Source: Octopus bimaculoides
Taxonomy: Eukaryota
Length of the DNA stretch: 64,000 bases
Assembly (NCBI RefSeq): GCF_001194135.2
Contig: NC_068988.1
Span: 37,922,824-37,986,823, forward strand
Reading direction: 5' to 3'
In this document: positions 12,331-25,640 of the stretch, piece after piece
Numbering within the stretch: the first letter of the stretch is position 1
How the letters are laid out: every line of letters begins with the position of its first letter
The notes under the pieces: generated by a model
What the model was told of the DNA's origin: nothing
The model's input: only the letters and a program-made list of their open reading frames with translations
The model's database searches: none
Position numbers and translations under genes: made by a program

Positions 12331-13059
12331 CAACAGAAAAAAGGAAAAAGTCCCCCTCGACCAAATTGGAAGAGGGAGTATTTGAGAGGGGAAGGGATTA
12401 TGGTTCTATGTCAGGTATTGAGAGACTAAAATGTGACACAGAGACAAGTACAGGTGTTTTGCTATTAGAGGAGATACAAAGCTATCCTGTGTTATATAAG
12501 GGATGGGAGTAACTGGAAAGAAGATAGAAATGATAGTGATGGGATACCAGAACATCTCAAGATACAAGAAAGTGGGTAACTGAAATGCAAAGAAAGTAGG
12601 GAGGGGATGTAATGTGTGCCAATTCTGCTTTCAAGGGATTTCAACAACCAAGTACTACAATAGTTAGTGGAGTACTGGGTGTTGTGGGATGAGATCTGGG
12701 AATGCTTGATGGGACAGAGACAGAGAGAGGTCCAAAAACCACCTTGATTATGCTTGTATATGTGGGGTCGTGACCACTATCTTACAAAAAATAGAAGTAA
12801 ACATTAGGTAAGGTAATGTAGTCCTAGATAATCCCCTCATCCACTGATACCAGACCCTCCCCCAAAACAAAAAGGTTACTGTTAAAGTGCCTTTGATCAT
12901 AGGTCTGCTTGACCAGTGCTGACCAGGAGCCAAATAAAAACCAACAATAACCAAGGTGCCACGCAGTGGGACTGAACCTGAACCATGTGGTTGGTAAGCA
13001 AGCTACTTGCCACACAGCCACTCGTGCGCCTATAGCTACTTACTACACAGCCACTCTTG

Positions 13060-13099
<40 letters not shown>

Positions 13100-13671
13100 N
13101 NNNNNNNNNNNNNNNNNNNNNNNNNNNNNNNNNNNNNNNNNNNNNNNNNNNNNNNNNNNNNNNNNNNNNNNNNNNNNNNNNNNNNNNNNNNNNNNNNNNN
13201 NNNNNNNNNNNNNNNNNNNNNNNNNNNNNNNNNNNNNNNNNNNNNNNNNNNNNNNNNNNNNNNNNNNNNNNNNNNNNNNNNNNNNNNNNNNNNNNNNNNN
13301 NNNNNNNNNNNNNNNNNNNNNNNNNNNNNNNNNNNNNNNNNNNNNNNNNNNNNNNNNNNNNNNNNNNNNNNNNNNNNNNNNNNNNNNNNNNNNNNNNNNN
13401 NNNNNNNNNNNNNNNNNNNNNNNNNNNNNNNNNNNNNNNNNNNNNNNNNNNNNNNNNNNNNNNNNNNNNNNNNNNNNNNNNNNNNNNNNNNNNNNNNNNN
13501 NNNNNNNNNNNNNNNNNNNNNNNNNNNNNNNNNNNNNNNNNNNNNNNNNNNNNNNNNNNNNNNNNNNNNNNNNNNNNNNNNNNNNNNNNNNNNNNNNNNN
13601 NNNNNNNNNNNNNNNNNNNNNNNNNNNNNNNNNNNNNNNNNNNNNNNNNNNNNNNNNNNNNNNNNNNNNNN

Positions 13672-13731
<60 letters not shown>

Positions 13732-14613
13732 ACACACACACACATATATATGTATGTATGTATATTCTGTGTAGGTGTTGTGTGTCTTATATCAAAAGTT
13801 GAAAGTAATTTATATTATTATGAGAAATTGTAATGGGTCTCTCCAGGAACAATCAGTCAGCCAGAAATAAGTGACTGTTGTTCAATTTAAAGATCTCTCT
13901 TTGTAACTGTCAATTTAGAAAATTATTATAAAGTATTTCTCTAGAAACAACTAGCCTGGTTGTAAGTAAATTTACATAGTTTGAAACTCCCAAGGAAGGT
14001 CAGGAGCAAGCTCTGTAAAAAAAGGTCAGGAACAGACTGAAAAAAGAGGTCATATGAGTGATGAGTGATAAGTCAACTGATGCTATTCATGGAGTTAGTT
14101 TTGTTGTTATTGATAACTATGTTGATGTTAAGTTTGTTCTGTTACCCATGATTATTTTCCTGATATTGGACAACTATGATTCATGACAAACTTCTACCTT
14201 ATCAATCTTACTAGCCTCAAAAAATCTGCAAAAAAAAAATTATAGGATCATAGGCCCTACCATTCCTTATAAATTTCCTGCAGACATTGGACAAAAAACT
14301 TCAGACTGAATGCCAACCTTTTGATCTTGTCAAACTCAAAAGACCTGCAAAAATTATGAATACAGTCCTTGCTTTCAGATCCAAAAGTTCTGTGATCAAA
14401 GACGTATCAGTTGGTATGTCTTTGGACATTGTTGGTTATGAATTTCCAGTGGATCAATCATTGGTTTACTGCATTTCTGATGCAAGACTGGCTAGCGGGT
14501 GTTTGTAACTCAATGCAGAAGAAATATTGCAAACATCAATTTTTCAATTTTCTCACCAATGTTTATATCGTGCACCAGTATATAACTGGTAAAAAATGTA
14601 TGCACGCACATAC

Positions 14614-14645
<32 letters not shown>

Positions 14646-15099
14646 TATCACCATCATCATCATTATCACCATCATTCAACATTCGTTTTCCATGCTGGCA
14701 CAGGTTACACTGTTTGACTGGTAAGCTGGAGAGCTGCACCAGGCTTCTGTTGTCTGTTTTCATTTGGTTTCTATGGCGGGTTACTCTTCCTAATGTCAGC
14801 CACTCTGTAGAGTGTATTGGGTATCTTTTACATGTCACTGGTATTGGCAATGACCACGATTCACTTGGATTGATGTGTCATCTTAAGTATAGTAATTCAT
14901 CAGGTAGTATAATTAAAATTATGTATGTTCTGTGTAGAGTTTTATTTTTTTTGCTCCACATGCATTAACGAACTGGTCATCTCTCTCTCTCTCCCTCTCT
15001 CTCTCTCTCCCTTCCCTCTCTCTATATATATTTCTACATTAACACAAACATATACACATGGGTACAAACAGACATAAAAATCTTCTGCAACAAGCCAGC

Positions 15100-16190
15100 A
15101 TTAACCACAAGTTTGCTTCTCTTCCATAAGCTGTACACCAGAGGTTGACGAAAAGCAGTATCTTCATAAAGAGAACCTTTTCTCAAGATCTTAAATCATT
15201 TTGTCTTAAGATCTGGAATGAAAAGTAAAGATACTCTACAAATATCAATAGTAAAACTTACATAATTAACTTTGAAATTTCCATTAAAAGCTATGGGAAA
15301 TGCTGCATAATAGGAAAGCATCAGGAAGATAACTAATAGCTGGATACTGGTACAAGACATTGATGGTCTCCAGAAAACCACTAGTATGTATTCCTTAATT
15401 CTAAAGAATTAAGAATTGAGGAAGGCCAGACTGGTATTCCAGATTGGCTAGCCGTAGCATGGACAAATCTTGAAGTCAAGAATGAAAAACGTGGAGTTAG
15501 TATGGAATTATAGGCCTGTTACTTGCCTAAACATTATGCATAAGCTGTTCACAAGCTGTCTCAACCAATTCCTCCAAGACCATTGCAAGTTTAACAAGAA
15601 AATGATTAATGAGCACAGAGAAGTGTAGGATGTGCTGAATAACTGTTGATAAAGACGAACCAACCCATTTGAAGTGGAGAGAACACTGAAGAAATCACTG
15701 TGTGGTTTGATAACAGAAATTCTATTCCCCACTTCATGGTTGCAGAAATCACTGCAAGCTAGCAAAAGTACTGTCTGCCTTGGTTGTTACTGTGAAAGAC
15801 TTGCAATCTTCGAACTTGTAGCTGGTCAACAATCTTCAAACTTGTAGCTGAAGAAATGATTGTTTCTGACATTATGAATATTTGAATGAGAATATTCCAA
15901 GGAGACAGTCTGATTGTGCTTTTGCTTATTTCAGCATTAAATCTGCAGTCATTTCTTTTTACAAAAATCTAGTGGTTATCTGTAAGGGTTTAAAACAGCA
16001 AAAGACACCAATGTAACCCATATTATTATTTGTGGATGTTCTATACAAGGTCTATAAATAGAAATATGATGCTGAGAAACAACTAGATTTAGTAACATTT
16101 GCTGAAATAAGGATGGAACATGTCCAAAAGTAATGAAGTAATTTGTGCACATGCATTGGTATTTCTACATTTGCATTTATCCTCTGTTAA
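15100..16190 (+). mobile_element. Highly decayed Dong/R4-type RT fragment
   Basis: About 15505-15610 reads NYRPVTCLNIMHKLFTSCLNQFLQDHCKFNKKMINE, the NYRPITCL.T.YKL.T RT motif. Confidence 0.65.
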
Positions 16191-16209
16191 TGGAGATGAC
16201 TTGTATTTC

Positions 16210-16432
16210 ATATAATGGTGGGTGTTGAAAAGTTCCTAGCTTTGAGTAAAAGAAAATACAGGAGGATCAATTAATTATGATTTTATTCGACATATTCCCT
16301 ATTCTGATTCACACACTTATTGCAGTGGTCCTTCAGTTTTCTAAGTCCTGTAAAAGAACTAGGAAGACTGGGCCTCCAATCAGGCCTTTTGTAATACCCT
16401 TAAAGCCAGGAGCTTTTCAGTACCCCTTCAAA
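16210..16432. mobile_element. Mariner-like MITE
   Basis: Inverted termini GGGTGTTGAAAAGTTCCTAGCTTT / AAAGCCAGGAGCTTTTCAGTACCCC. Second copy at 38347-38566. Confidence 0.75.
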
Positions 16433-16440
16433 TGTGTGTG

Positions 16441-16486
<46 letters not shown>

Positions 16487-16619
16487 TGTGTGTATGTGTG
16501 TGTTTATATGTAGCATACATCCATATCTACACACACACAGAAGTGCGTGTGTATATACATACATACATATTTATATCTATATGTATATATATATGTGTGT
16601 GTGTGTATATATATATATA

Positions 16620-16648
16620 ACAAAAGCCTGACTGCCATAAGAAGTTTA

Positions 16649-16716
<68 letters not shown>

Positions 16717-16745
16717 TAAACTTCTTATGGCTGTCAGGCTTTTGT
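16620..16745. repeat. Palindrome: 32-bp inverted arms around a (TA)n centre
   Basis: ACAAAAGCCTGACTGCCATAAGAAGTTTACTG-(TA)n-CAGTAAACTTCTTATGGCTGTCAGGCTTTTGT, with one mismatch. Confidence 0.95.
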
Positions 16746-16936
16746 TTTTCTAGGATATTCTCTAGGGAGCTATAATCTTGTTATTGTGAGTGGTATTTAG
16801 AAATTGTGTGTGTGTATGTGTGTGTGTTTGTGTTTGTGTGTGTCTGTGTACATGTAAGTAAACATGATTGCATGTGCCTTTGGATTTGTTTTTACTCCGT
16901 ATGAATGCTTTTGTATGCTGGCATGCATTTGTGTAG

Positions 16937-17013
<77 letters not shown>

Positions 17014-17383
17014 TGTACTTCTGCTCACATTTTGATATATGTACATGTTTAAGTGAATATGTATCAAGGTATGCATGTATGTTAGCAAGAGAGGAGGAGA
17101 GAAACAGAAGAGAGTATTTCAACCAATTTATAGTAAAAAAACACATACAAGAACAAAAGGAAAAAAACTTGATTATTTTTTTTAGTACAGGCTGTTAGGT
17201 TCACACCAGTTACCTCTGCTGTGATATGATAATGGGGATGACAGTAACACTGCACTTATCACAATTACTAGCACAACATATCCCCAAGTCGGCCAGCATG
17301 TCCTCCTATCTACTACCTAACAATGAGAGCTTCTACACTGTAATATTGTCCTGCTAGAAATAGCAGCCAAATTTCTTTTAAAT

Positions 17384-17508
17384 TATACCCTACAGTTATT
17401 TAAAATGAAACAAATATACCCTACAGTTATTTAAAATGAAACAAATATACCCTACAGTTATTTAAAATGAAACAAATATACCCTACAGTTATTTAAAATG
17501 AAAACAAA
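17384..17508. repeat. 31-bp minisatellite, 4 copies
   Basis: TATACCCTACAGTTATTTAAAATGAAACAAA repeated contiguously, inside a copy of the GAAATAGCAGCCAAAT repeat family. Confidence 0.95.
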
Positions 17509-17699
17509 TAAAACACGTTGGATAATGTTGTTCTAGATATGTTGCATTCAAATAAAAGATGGGGAAAAAATGGAATACATTCAGCAATGTAATCTTTGCG
17601 TGGGTAGAACATATTTGATCACTGTTCTACTCAACCAGGGATGAGCATTGTCATTATCATCATAGTCAACAACAGCAGCAAAAACAAAAACATCAATAA

Positions 17700-18370
17700 G
17701 CCTTGTGAGTGGATTTGGTATTTGGAAACTGAAAGAAGCCTGTCATATATATAAATATGTGTGTGTGTGTGTATTTATGTGAGTGTGTCTTTGTGTCTGT
17801 TTGTCCCCTCACCATTGTTTGACAACCAATGCTGGTGTGCTTACATCCCTATAACTTAGCAGTTTGACAAAAGAGACCAATAGAATAAGTACTAGGCTTA
17901 CAAAGAATAAGTACAGGGGTTGATTTCTTCGACTAAAAAAAACTGTTCAAGGTGGTGCTCCAGTATGGCCACAGTCAAATGACTGAAACAAGTAAAAGTA
18001 AAAGTAGAGCAATGAAAAGAAAAGTGATCCCTGACAAGATTTGAACTCAGATCTAAGAAGAACAATCTAAACTCTGTACCAATAGAAGCTCTACCATGGT
18101 CTTAAGATGAATAAGGACTGTGGGTTAAATTGCATATTTTTCTCTCTTTGCCAAATAAATAAATAAATAAATAAATATATAAATAAATAAATAAATAGGC
18201 GCAGGAGTGGCTGTGTGGTAAGAAGCTTGCTTCGCAACCACATGGTTCTGGGTTCAGTTCCACTGTGTGGCACCTTGGCTAAGTGTCTTCTGCTATAGCC
18301 TCAGGCTGACCGAAGCCTTGTAAGTAGGTTTGGTAGACAGAAACTGAAAGAAGTCCATCATATATATGTA
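17700..18370 (+). mobile_element. Two copies of the microsatellite-containing SINE (body plus tail, then head)
   Basis: 17700-18000 runs GTGAGTGGATTTGGTA...GTCAAATGACTGAAACAAGTAAAAG. 18197-18370 is the tRNA-like head GGCGCAGGAGTGGCTGTGTGGTAAG...GGTTCAGTTCCACTG. Confidence 0.8.
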
Positions 18371-18374
18371 TATA

Positions 18375-18570
18375 TTTTCGCCATGATAGATCGCTAGCCA
18401 CTACACATTCTTTATTTTCTCTCCTTGTTTCTTTCTGTGGAAGAGTGTAGGCTCAAAACGTTAAAGACTTTTTCACTTCCCGAGCGTTAAACTAATACAT
18501 CTGTTTGTTGCCTATACCATCTGCCTTCCTCTTTTGTTTTTTTTTTTGTGAATTCTCTCCCTATATATAT
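18375..18570 (+). mobile_element. Penelope-like repeat terminus
   Basis: Contains GAAGAG(T/C)GTAGGCTC(G)AAACGTT, resembling the PLE 3'-end signature. Near-identical copy at 63636-63850. Confidence 0.5.
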
Positions 18571-18747
18571 ATAGATTCAGATGAATATGGTACTTAAGTT
18601 TAGGCACTAGAATTTAGCATGGTATTATCCATACAGTTTCAAATAAGGGGATTAAAATCAAAATAAGAAACAAGGATATCCAGAGGTAATGCAGTACGAT
18701 CGTTTCATGCGACTCCATTTAATTGAACTATGTAAACATTACATATT

Positions 18748-18848
18748 TTTATAATTAAATCTAAACTCTCCAAGTAGAAAGGAGGAATACAAAAAACTAT
18801 TTTTTGTATTCCTCTTTTCTACTTGGAGAGTTTAGATTTAATTATAAA
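18748..18848. repeat. Near-perfect 101-bp palindrome (49-bp arms, 3-nt loop)
   Basis: TTTATAATTAAATCTAAACTCTCCAAGTAGAAAGGAGGAATACAAAAAA-CTA-TTTTTTGTATTCCTCTTTTCTACTTGGAGAGTTTAGATTTAATTATAAA, with one mismatch. Confidence 0.95.
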
Positions 18849-19104
18849 TATATGGGATCTTTTTTAAAACGGGGGCCACATTTTTCATTAACGAAACACT
18901 TTGAAACTTGGAACACTGGTAGAATGTGTCATATAAAACATCTTTTTCTCTTAGTCTTCTTAAAAAAAACAGAAATCATTAAGTTATTCCATGTTAAAGT
19001 TGTTGTATTTCTGTAATTTCAACCAATCACTGACGTCCATTCAGCCGATATACATTAAGTGCCGACTACATAAACAAACGATTCTGAAACAATTCTATCG
19101 GTGA

Positions 19105-19127
19105 TAGGGTTAGGGTTAGGGTTAGGG
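19105..19127 (+). repeat. Short interstitial (TTAGGG)n-like tract
   Basis: TAGGGTTAGGGTTAGGGTTAGGG, next to an N gap. Confidence 0.8.
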
Positions 19128-19648
19128 TAAAACAGCAAATTTAAAAAGAAAAAAGCAAATAAAACGAAGAAAAAAAAAGAAAATNNNNNNNNNNNNNNNN
19201 NNNNNNNNNNNNNNNNNNNNNNNNNNNNNNNNNNNNNNNNNNNNNNNNNNNNNNNNNNNNNNNNNNNNNNNNNNNNNNNNNNNNNNNNNNNNNNNNNNNN
19301 NNNNNNNNNNNNNNNNNNNNNNNNNNNNNNNNNNNNNNNNNNNNNNNNNNNNNNNNNNNNNNNNNNNNNNNNNNNNNNNNNNNNNNNNNNNNNNNNNNNN
19401 NNNNNNNNNNNNNNNNNNNNNNNNNNNNNNNNNNNNNNNNNNNNNNNNNNNNNNNNNNNNNNNNNNNNNNNNNNNNNNNNNNNNNNNNNNNNNNNNNNNN
19501 NNNNNNNNNNNNNNNNNNNNNNNNNNNNNNNNNNNNNNNNNNNNNNNNNNNNNNNNNNNNNNNNNNNNNNNNNNNNNNNNNNNNNNNNNNNNNNNNNNNN
19601 NNNNNNNNNNNNNNNNNNNNNNNNNNNNNNNNNNNNNNNNNNNNNNNN

Positions 19649-19704
<56 letters not shown>

Positions 19705-20017
19705 CCTATATATATATATATACACACCACACATATATATATATTGTGTGATAGTGTCTGTGTTTGTGCCCCCACCATCGCTTGACAACAGATACTGATG
19801 CGTTTATGTCCATGTAACTTAGTGGTTCAGCAAAAGATTCTGATAGAATAAGTAGAATAAGTACGAGGTTTACTATGAATAAATCCTGAGGTGGTACTCT
19901 AGTATGGCCACAGTCAAATGACTGAAACAAGTAAATAAACAAATAATTAAGATTGCTCTGATTAGCTGCAAAAAATAATTTCAAATATCAAGTTGATTTG
20001 CCATTTTCTGGTTACAG

Positions 20018-20067
<50 letters not shown>

Positions 20068-22269
20068 GGGGGAGAGAGGGAGAGAGGGAGGGAGAGAGAG
20101 AGAGAGAGAGAGAGTGAGAGAGAGAGAGAGTGAGAGAGAGAACCAGCTGGTTTAAACATAATATTTACTTTTTTCTTTATGGTGAAGCTTGAAATGTGTT
20201 TATTAAGAAGACACACCTGTAAATTTACCTGTGTATGGTGTTTAGTCCATAGTTCTCTGTCATTTTTAATACTCCACCACTACAAGTTAAATAATATTGA
20301 TTTCTGAATCTTGACACAAAGCTACAAATTTTTGAGGGAGGTTGGTGAATGGATGGGTGGATTGGTGTGTTGGGGGGACATGTTGATTTAATTTCTCTAA
20401 CCCTCCACCTCACCCCCACTGCAGCACTTGACAGGGTATTTAGTTTATCAGTCCCGGTGAAATGAAATGAAAAAGCAGCATTTTGGTACAACAGAACAGG
20501 AAAGGATTTACCTGAATACTTCAAGGCATTTTGTTTAGTGCTTCATTGATTCTGTTATCTAACTCTACCAGCTCTATTATCTATATCAGCAATGCCAAAT
20601 CCACTGCCACCACCACCACCACCACCACCTCTACCACAGCATGCCAAAAGACAGGATGGTTGCACACACAATGCTTTTTTGAATCATTGGTCAGCTTCAT
20701 CAAAGGTGATTTGGTGAGTGTAGTGGGGATAGTGATAGTAGTGGTGATGGTGGTGGTATTGGCTAAACGATAACAGTAACAACAGCAACAACAACAACAA
20801 CAGTAAGCGCCACTTACTATTATGAAATTAGAACACTGAACAGTATAGCATAATCCATATGCTAAATGCAAAAGTGATTGTCAAGGTAGNNNNNNNNNNN
20901 NNNNNNNNNNNNNNNTATGTCACCAATATGGCTGCAAGTTTCTCGACATTAGTATTGGCTACTATTATCAGCAAATCTGCACAGTCTTCCTATCTGCAAG
21001 CAATAGCAGCCAAATTTCCCTCGGATCACAAGCTATTATCTTAAATATGGCAAGGACACATAAAACAGTGATGTCTTACGACCCCACCTCTCTGCTACCA
21101 TCACCACCACCACCACCACCACCACCACCTCTACCACAGCATGCCAAAAGACAGGATGGTTGCACACACAATGCTTTTTTGAATCATTGGTCAGCTTCAT
21201 CAAAGGTGATTTGGTGAGTGTAGTGGGGATAGTGATAGTAGTGGTGATGGTGGTGGTATTGGCTAAACGATAACAGTAACAACAGCAACAACAACAACAA
21301 CAGTAAGCGCCACTTACTATTATGAAATTAGAACACTGAACAGTATAGCATAATCCATATGCTAAATGCAAAAGTGATTGTCAAGGTAGTAACATAGATG
21401 TAACTTTATAGGGTGGTATAGCTTCAATTATCAATGATTTAATAATACATTCCAAACAGCTGGCACACTCTCGTGGGTTGATTTATATCAGTTACCAGCT
21501 GTTGGTTTATATTATAAAAAGGTATCTTTCTAGGTGGTATAAAATATGGTTTAAAATATAGGTGGAGAAACCATCAGCTTTATGGTCATGTACTGTTTTT
21601 TTTTTTAAGCATTCATGTGAGGTTTACTAGGAGAAGCCTTGCATGTCTTTAAAAGAATCATTAGCAAATTATAAAACATCATTACTGAGTCTGTGTTGTT
21701 TCTTATCAATGACTGATATTACATTCTCCTTTGTTATGTTGTAATAGCATTACAGCTATTCACAACTCCTTATATATATAAGAAGACCCGTACTCCACAG
21801 CAGAAGTGTTAAAACCAGTCTGTCTGGTGGCGGAAAGCACTCATGGCAGTGCCACGTAAAAGCACCCATGCAGTGCCATGTAAAAGTGCTTGTGCGGTGC
21901 CATGTTAAAAGCATCCAGCACACTCTGCAAAGTGGTTGGCATTAGGAAGGGTATCCAACCATAGAAATCATGCCAAATCAGACTGGGGTCTAGTGCAGCT
22001 CCTCAGCTTGCTAGCTCTGGTCAAACCATTCAACCCATGCCAGCATGTGTGTGTTTGTGGAAAGCCTTAGACTTAGAAAAGGAGTACAAACAAAACTATA
22101 TGACCGTATCAGTATACTTCTGTTGGTCAACTTTAACTCTCCAACATCAAATAACCTGAAGGCATCATAATCTCAGCAATGTCATGCCACAAACAAAATC
22201 AAGAAAAATCTTTTCCTGATCTCACTAAAATGATACAAACAAAACAATTAAATCGAAGATGAAAAAGGC

Positions 22270-22640
22270 AGGTAATGGGTGTATATGCTATATTTTGGGA
22301 GTTTAACTAAAATGATAGTCATGAAACAAATAATGCTGTTCCTGGCCAGAAACAACATCTTAGACCTCTGCTTCACTAATAATGTGGAACATATTCGCTA
22401 TGTAAAGGTGGCATCAATGATTTTCTTAGGCCACAACATATCCGTACTAATAATATGTGGTCTGAAGAAAATCAAACATGTATATTACACAGAAAGACTC
22501 AAATCATATCTAGCCTGAACTTTTACAAGGCTGACTGGAAGTCAATTAAAAATGAAATCCTTAAATGGAATTAGCCCCGAAGTTGCTCTATGTAAGACAT
22601 TGACATGAAACTCAAAGAATTTATGCAAATCCTGCATGCC
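22270..22640 (+). mobile_element. CR1/L2-type LINE endonuclease C-terminal fragment
   Basis: ARNNILDLCFTNN resembles PTRGNNILDLVFTN. Downstream LNFYKADWKSIKNE resembles the FxKADW motif. Confidence 0.6.
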
Positions 22641-23899
22641 ATATGCATTTATTTTATCCATGAGGGAAGAGCCAATGCACACACATACACACACACACAT
22701 GCACATGCACACTCACACATGCACACAATAGGCTTCTTTCAATTTCTGTCTATAATATCCACTCAGAAGGCTTTGGTTGGCCCAGGGCTGTACTGCAGTA
22801 GAAGACACTTGCACATGTTGAAATGCAGTGGGACTTCTGGGTGGGATTGAACCTGGATCCATATGACTGTAAAGCAAGCTTTGTAATATCTGTTCCCATA
22901 AACAGTGTACATAATATTTGTACATATATAACTAACACATAAGTAACATATATGTAAACATATATGTATGTGTGTGCGTGGAGAGTATATGTATGTGAAT
23001 GTGTGCATAATGTATATAAGGATAGGGGTATCTGAGTGTGTTTATGAGTGTGTGTCTGTGTGTGTATATCCATGCATATAGTGTGTGTGAATATGAGTAT
23101 GTGAGTGCATGTTCTAATTCGCAAATGATACTTTGTACACTGTCTGACACCATTGTTAGTAATAACATCAAAAAAATACAAACAACAGCCAGAACTAAAG
23201 ATAACAAAAGGTAATCTAATTTACATTCTCTTATGCCCATATGACATTTGCCACTGTCATTATGTTATTCTTCCTGGGTGGAGAACTTTCTACGTGTTTC
23301 AACAATGCAGAAGGATGTAATTTCAGACAGAAAACATCATAACAATTTAAAAAATTATAACATTTAATACCAAAGTCAAACAATGAAAAATAAAAGAATA
23401 ATAAAAGAAAACATAAAGGAAAATAGAACAAAGCAATTATATATTTTCCAAGAATATTCCTCTTCCATAGACATGGCCTTTAGATCATTCAGACTTTTAG
23501 GAACCTTTACCAGAACACACACACACACAATGATACATTTGGAAGATTTGGTGTTATTGTTATTTGGCTTCAGGTCAAACTTGAGTAAGCAGTCTAATGA
23601 TCAAAGATGTTCTAGCCATGTCCACCATCATTATTATTATTTAACATTTGTTTTCCACACTAGCTAGGTGTGATGGTTTGATAGGAGCTGGTGAGCCGGA
23701 GGTCTGTGCCACATTCTACTGTCTGCTTTGGCATGGTTTCTATGACTCAATACCCTTCTAATGCTAAATGTTGTACAGAGTGTGCTGGGTGCTTTTTTTA
23801 TGTGGCACCAGTACCAGTGAGGTTACTGAGTAACTTGCAGGACAAAACCTCCTCAAATAAGAGGAGAAGTAGTAATGAGTGAGGGAGATGGCTTTGTGC

Positions 23900-24280
23900 T
23901 GAGTGATGAGAGATTCACTGGCTATTTTTGATCACTGAGTTGTCTCCCTGGCCTTCAATTACCCAGTCACGCATTCAGTTGTATCACTGTTAACTTCAGT
24001 AACTGATTTCTCTGTTAGCTCTTCTTGAAATGTGCCATCTCCCTCCCTTACACTCTCTTCATTCAACAACCTCCTGAAGTTGCATTTCAATACCTCTTTC
24101 TTTCTGATGTCAATCAGGGCAAATACATCCCTGTCATTCTGCACATACTCCTCTTGATTCTCTCTTTGCAATTCAGAATGCCTCACATCTCTCATGTTCA
24201 CATCACAGAAAATATGCAAACCTTTTCTTGCTTCTCCCTTCACTAAGTATACATGCTGTCTCATTTCTCTTTCAACAATC
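23900..24280 (-). mobile_element. RTE LINE fragment (linker between EN and RT)
   Basis: RQHVYLVKGEARK...RENQ...KKEVLKCNFRRLLNEE resembles the RTE ARRQVYLARGEAE..RENQDV..W..HYERLLNEE region. Confidence 0.65.
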
Positions 24281-24589
24281 TAAAGTTATTCATTCATATA
24301 AGGCAGTGAGCTGGTAGAATTGTTAGCACACTGGGGAAAAATGCTTAGCAGCACTTCATCCATTTTTACATTCTGAGTTCAAATTCTGCCAAGGTCGACT
24401 TCACTTTTCATCCTTTTGTCTACCAATTTCACCCAAATATATATAAATGCAATTTTAAATTACTAAAGTAATGAATTCATTTATTCATAAAATAATTGGA
24501 CAAAACTGTTTGTCTTTGTTGTATAATGTGGTGCTGATGATAAAAATCAGATGCTGAACAAATAAATAAATGAATAAATAAGTAAAAAG

Positions 24590-24779
24590 TATTTGTTTCA
24601 GTCATTAGACTGCGGCCATGCTGGGGCACTGATGAATTTTTAGGTGAATGAATTGACTCCAGTACTTATTTTTTTAAAGCCTGGTACTTATTTGCTGAAC
24701 TGATAAATTATGGGGACGTAAACAAAACAACACCGGTTGTCAAGCAGTGTTGGGGGACAAACACTCACACACATACATG

Positions 24780-24841
<62 letters not shown>
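24590..24841 (-). mobile_element. Microsatellite-containing SINE (3' half), ending in an N gap
   Basis: TTTGTTTCAGTCATTAGACTGCGGCCATGCTGG...GGTTGTCAAGCAGTGTTGGGGGACAAAC followed by (CA)n. Confidence 0.75.
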
Positions 24842-25640
24842 NNNNNNNNNNNNNNNNNNNNNNNNNNNNNNNNNNNNNNNNNNNNNNNNNNNNNNNNNNN
24901 NNNNNNNNNNNNNNNNNNNNNNNNNNNNNNNNNNNNNNNNNNNNNNNNNNNNNNNNNNNNNNNNNNNNNNNNNNNNNNNNNNNNNNNNNNNNNNNNNNNN
25001 NNNNNNNNNNNNNNNNNNNNNNNNNNNNNNNNNNNNNNNNNNNNNNNNNNNNNNNNNNNNNNNNNNNNNNNNNNNNNNNNNNNNNNNNNNNNNNNNNNNN
25101 NNNNNNNNNNNNNNNNNNNNNNNNNNNNNNNNNNNNNNNNNNNNNNNNNNNNNNNNNNNNNNNNNNNNNNNNNNNNNNNNNNNNNNNNNNNNNNNNNNNN
25201 NNNNNTATATATATCAATGATATACATGTGGTTACAGTTTGAAATGACCGGGTGAAGAAAAAGCTTTTTCTACAACAGGAGAGCGCAAAAGCAGGAGATA
25301 TATGTGTATATGTGTGGTATGTGCGTGCGTGCAGGTCTGTGTGTGTGTGTAATAATGGCACGTGTATGTGTGTGTGGGTTTAGCTGTTTATACGTGTGTG
25401 TGTGTGCATGTTTTGTGTGCAGTTTGTACCTGTGTCTGTGTGTATGTGTACATTCATGTGCACATGTGTGTATGTGGTGTGTGTATGTGTGTGTGTATGT
25501 ATATATTGCGTGTGTATGTGTGTGTGTATGTATGTATGTGTGTGTATGTGAGTTTGTGTATGCGTGTGCATGGGGTTGTGTGTGGGGGTATATGTGCATT
25601 CCTGTGTGTGTGTACGTGCATGTGCTTATATATATATATT

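Noticed and set aside
17384-17508. Possible CRISPR-like array
   Set aside because: The 31-bp units are contiguous with no spacers, there are no cas genes, and the context is eukaryotic.
19105-19127. True telomere
   Set aside because: Only about four units, with ordinary sequence on both sides of the adjacent gap.
23959-24264. 101-aa ORF as a host exon
   Set aside because: It matches the RTE EN-RT linker region across frameshifts.
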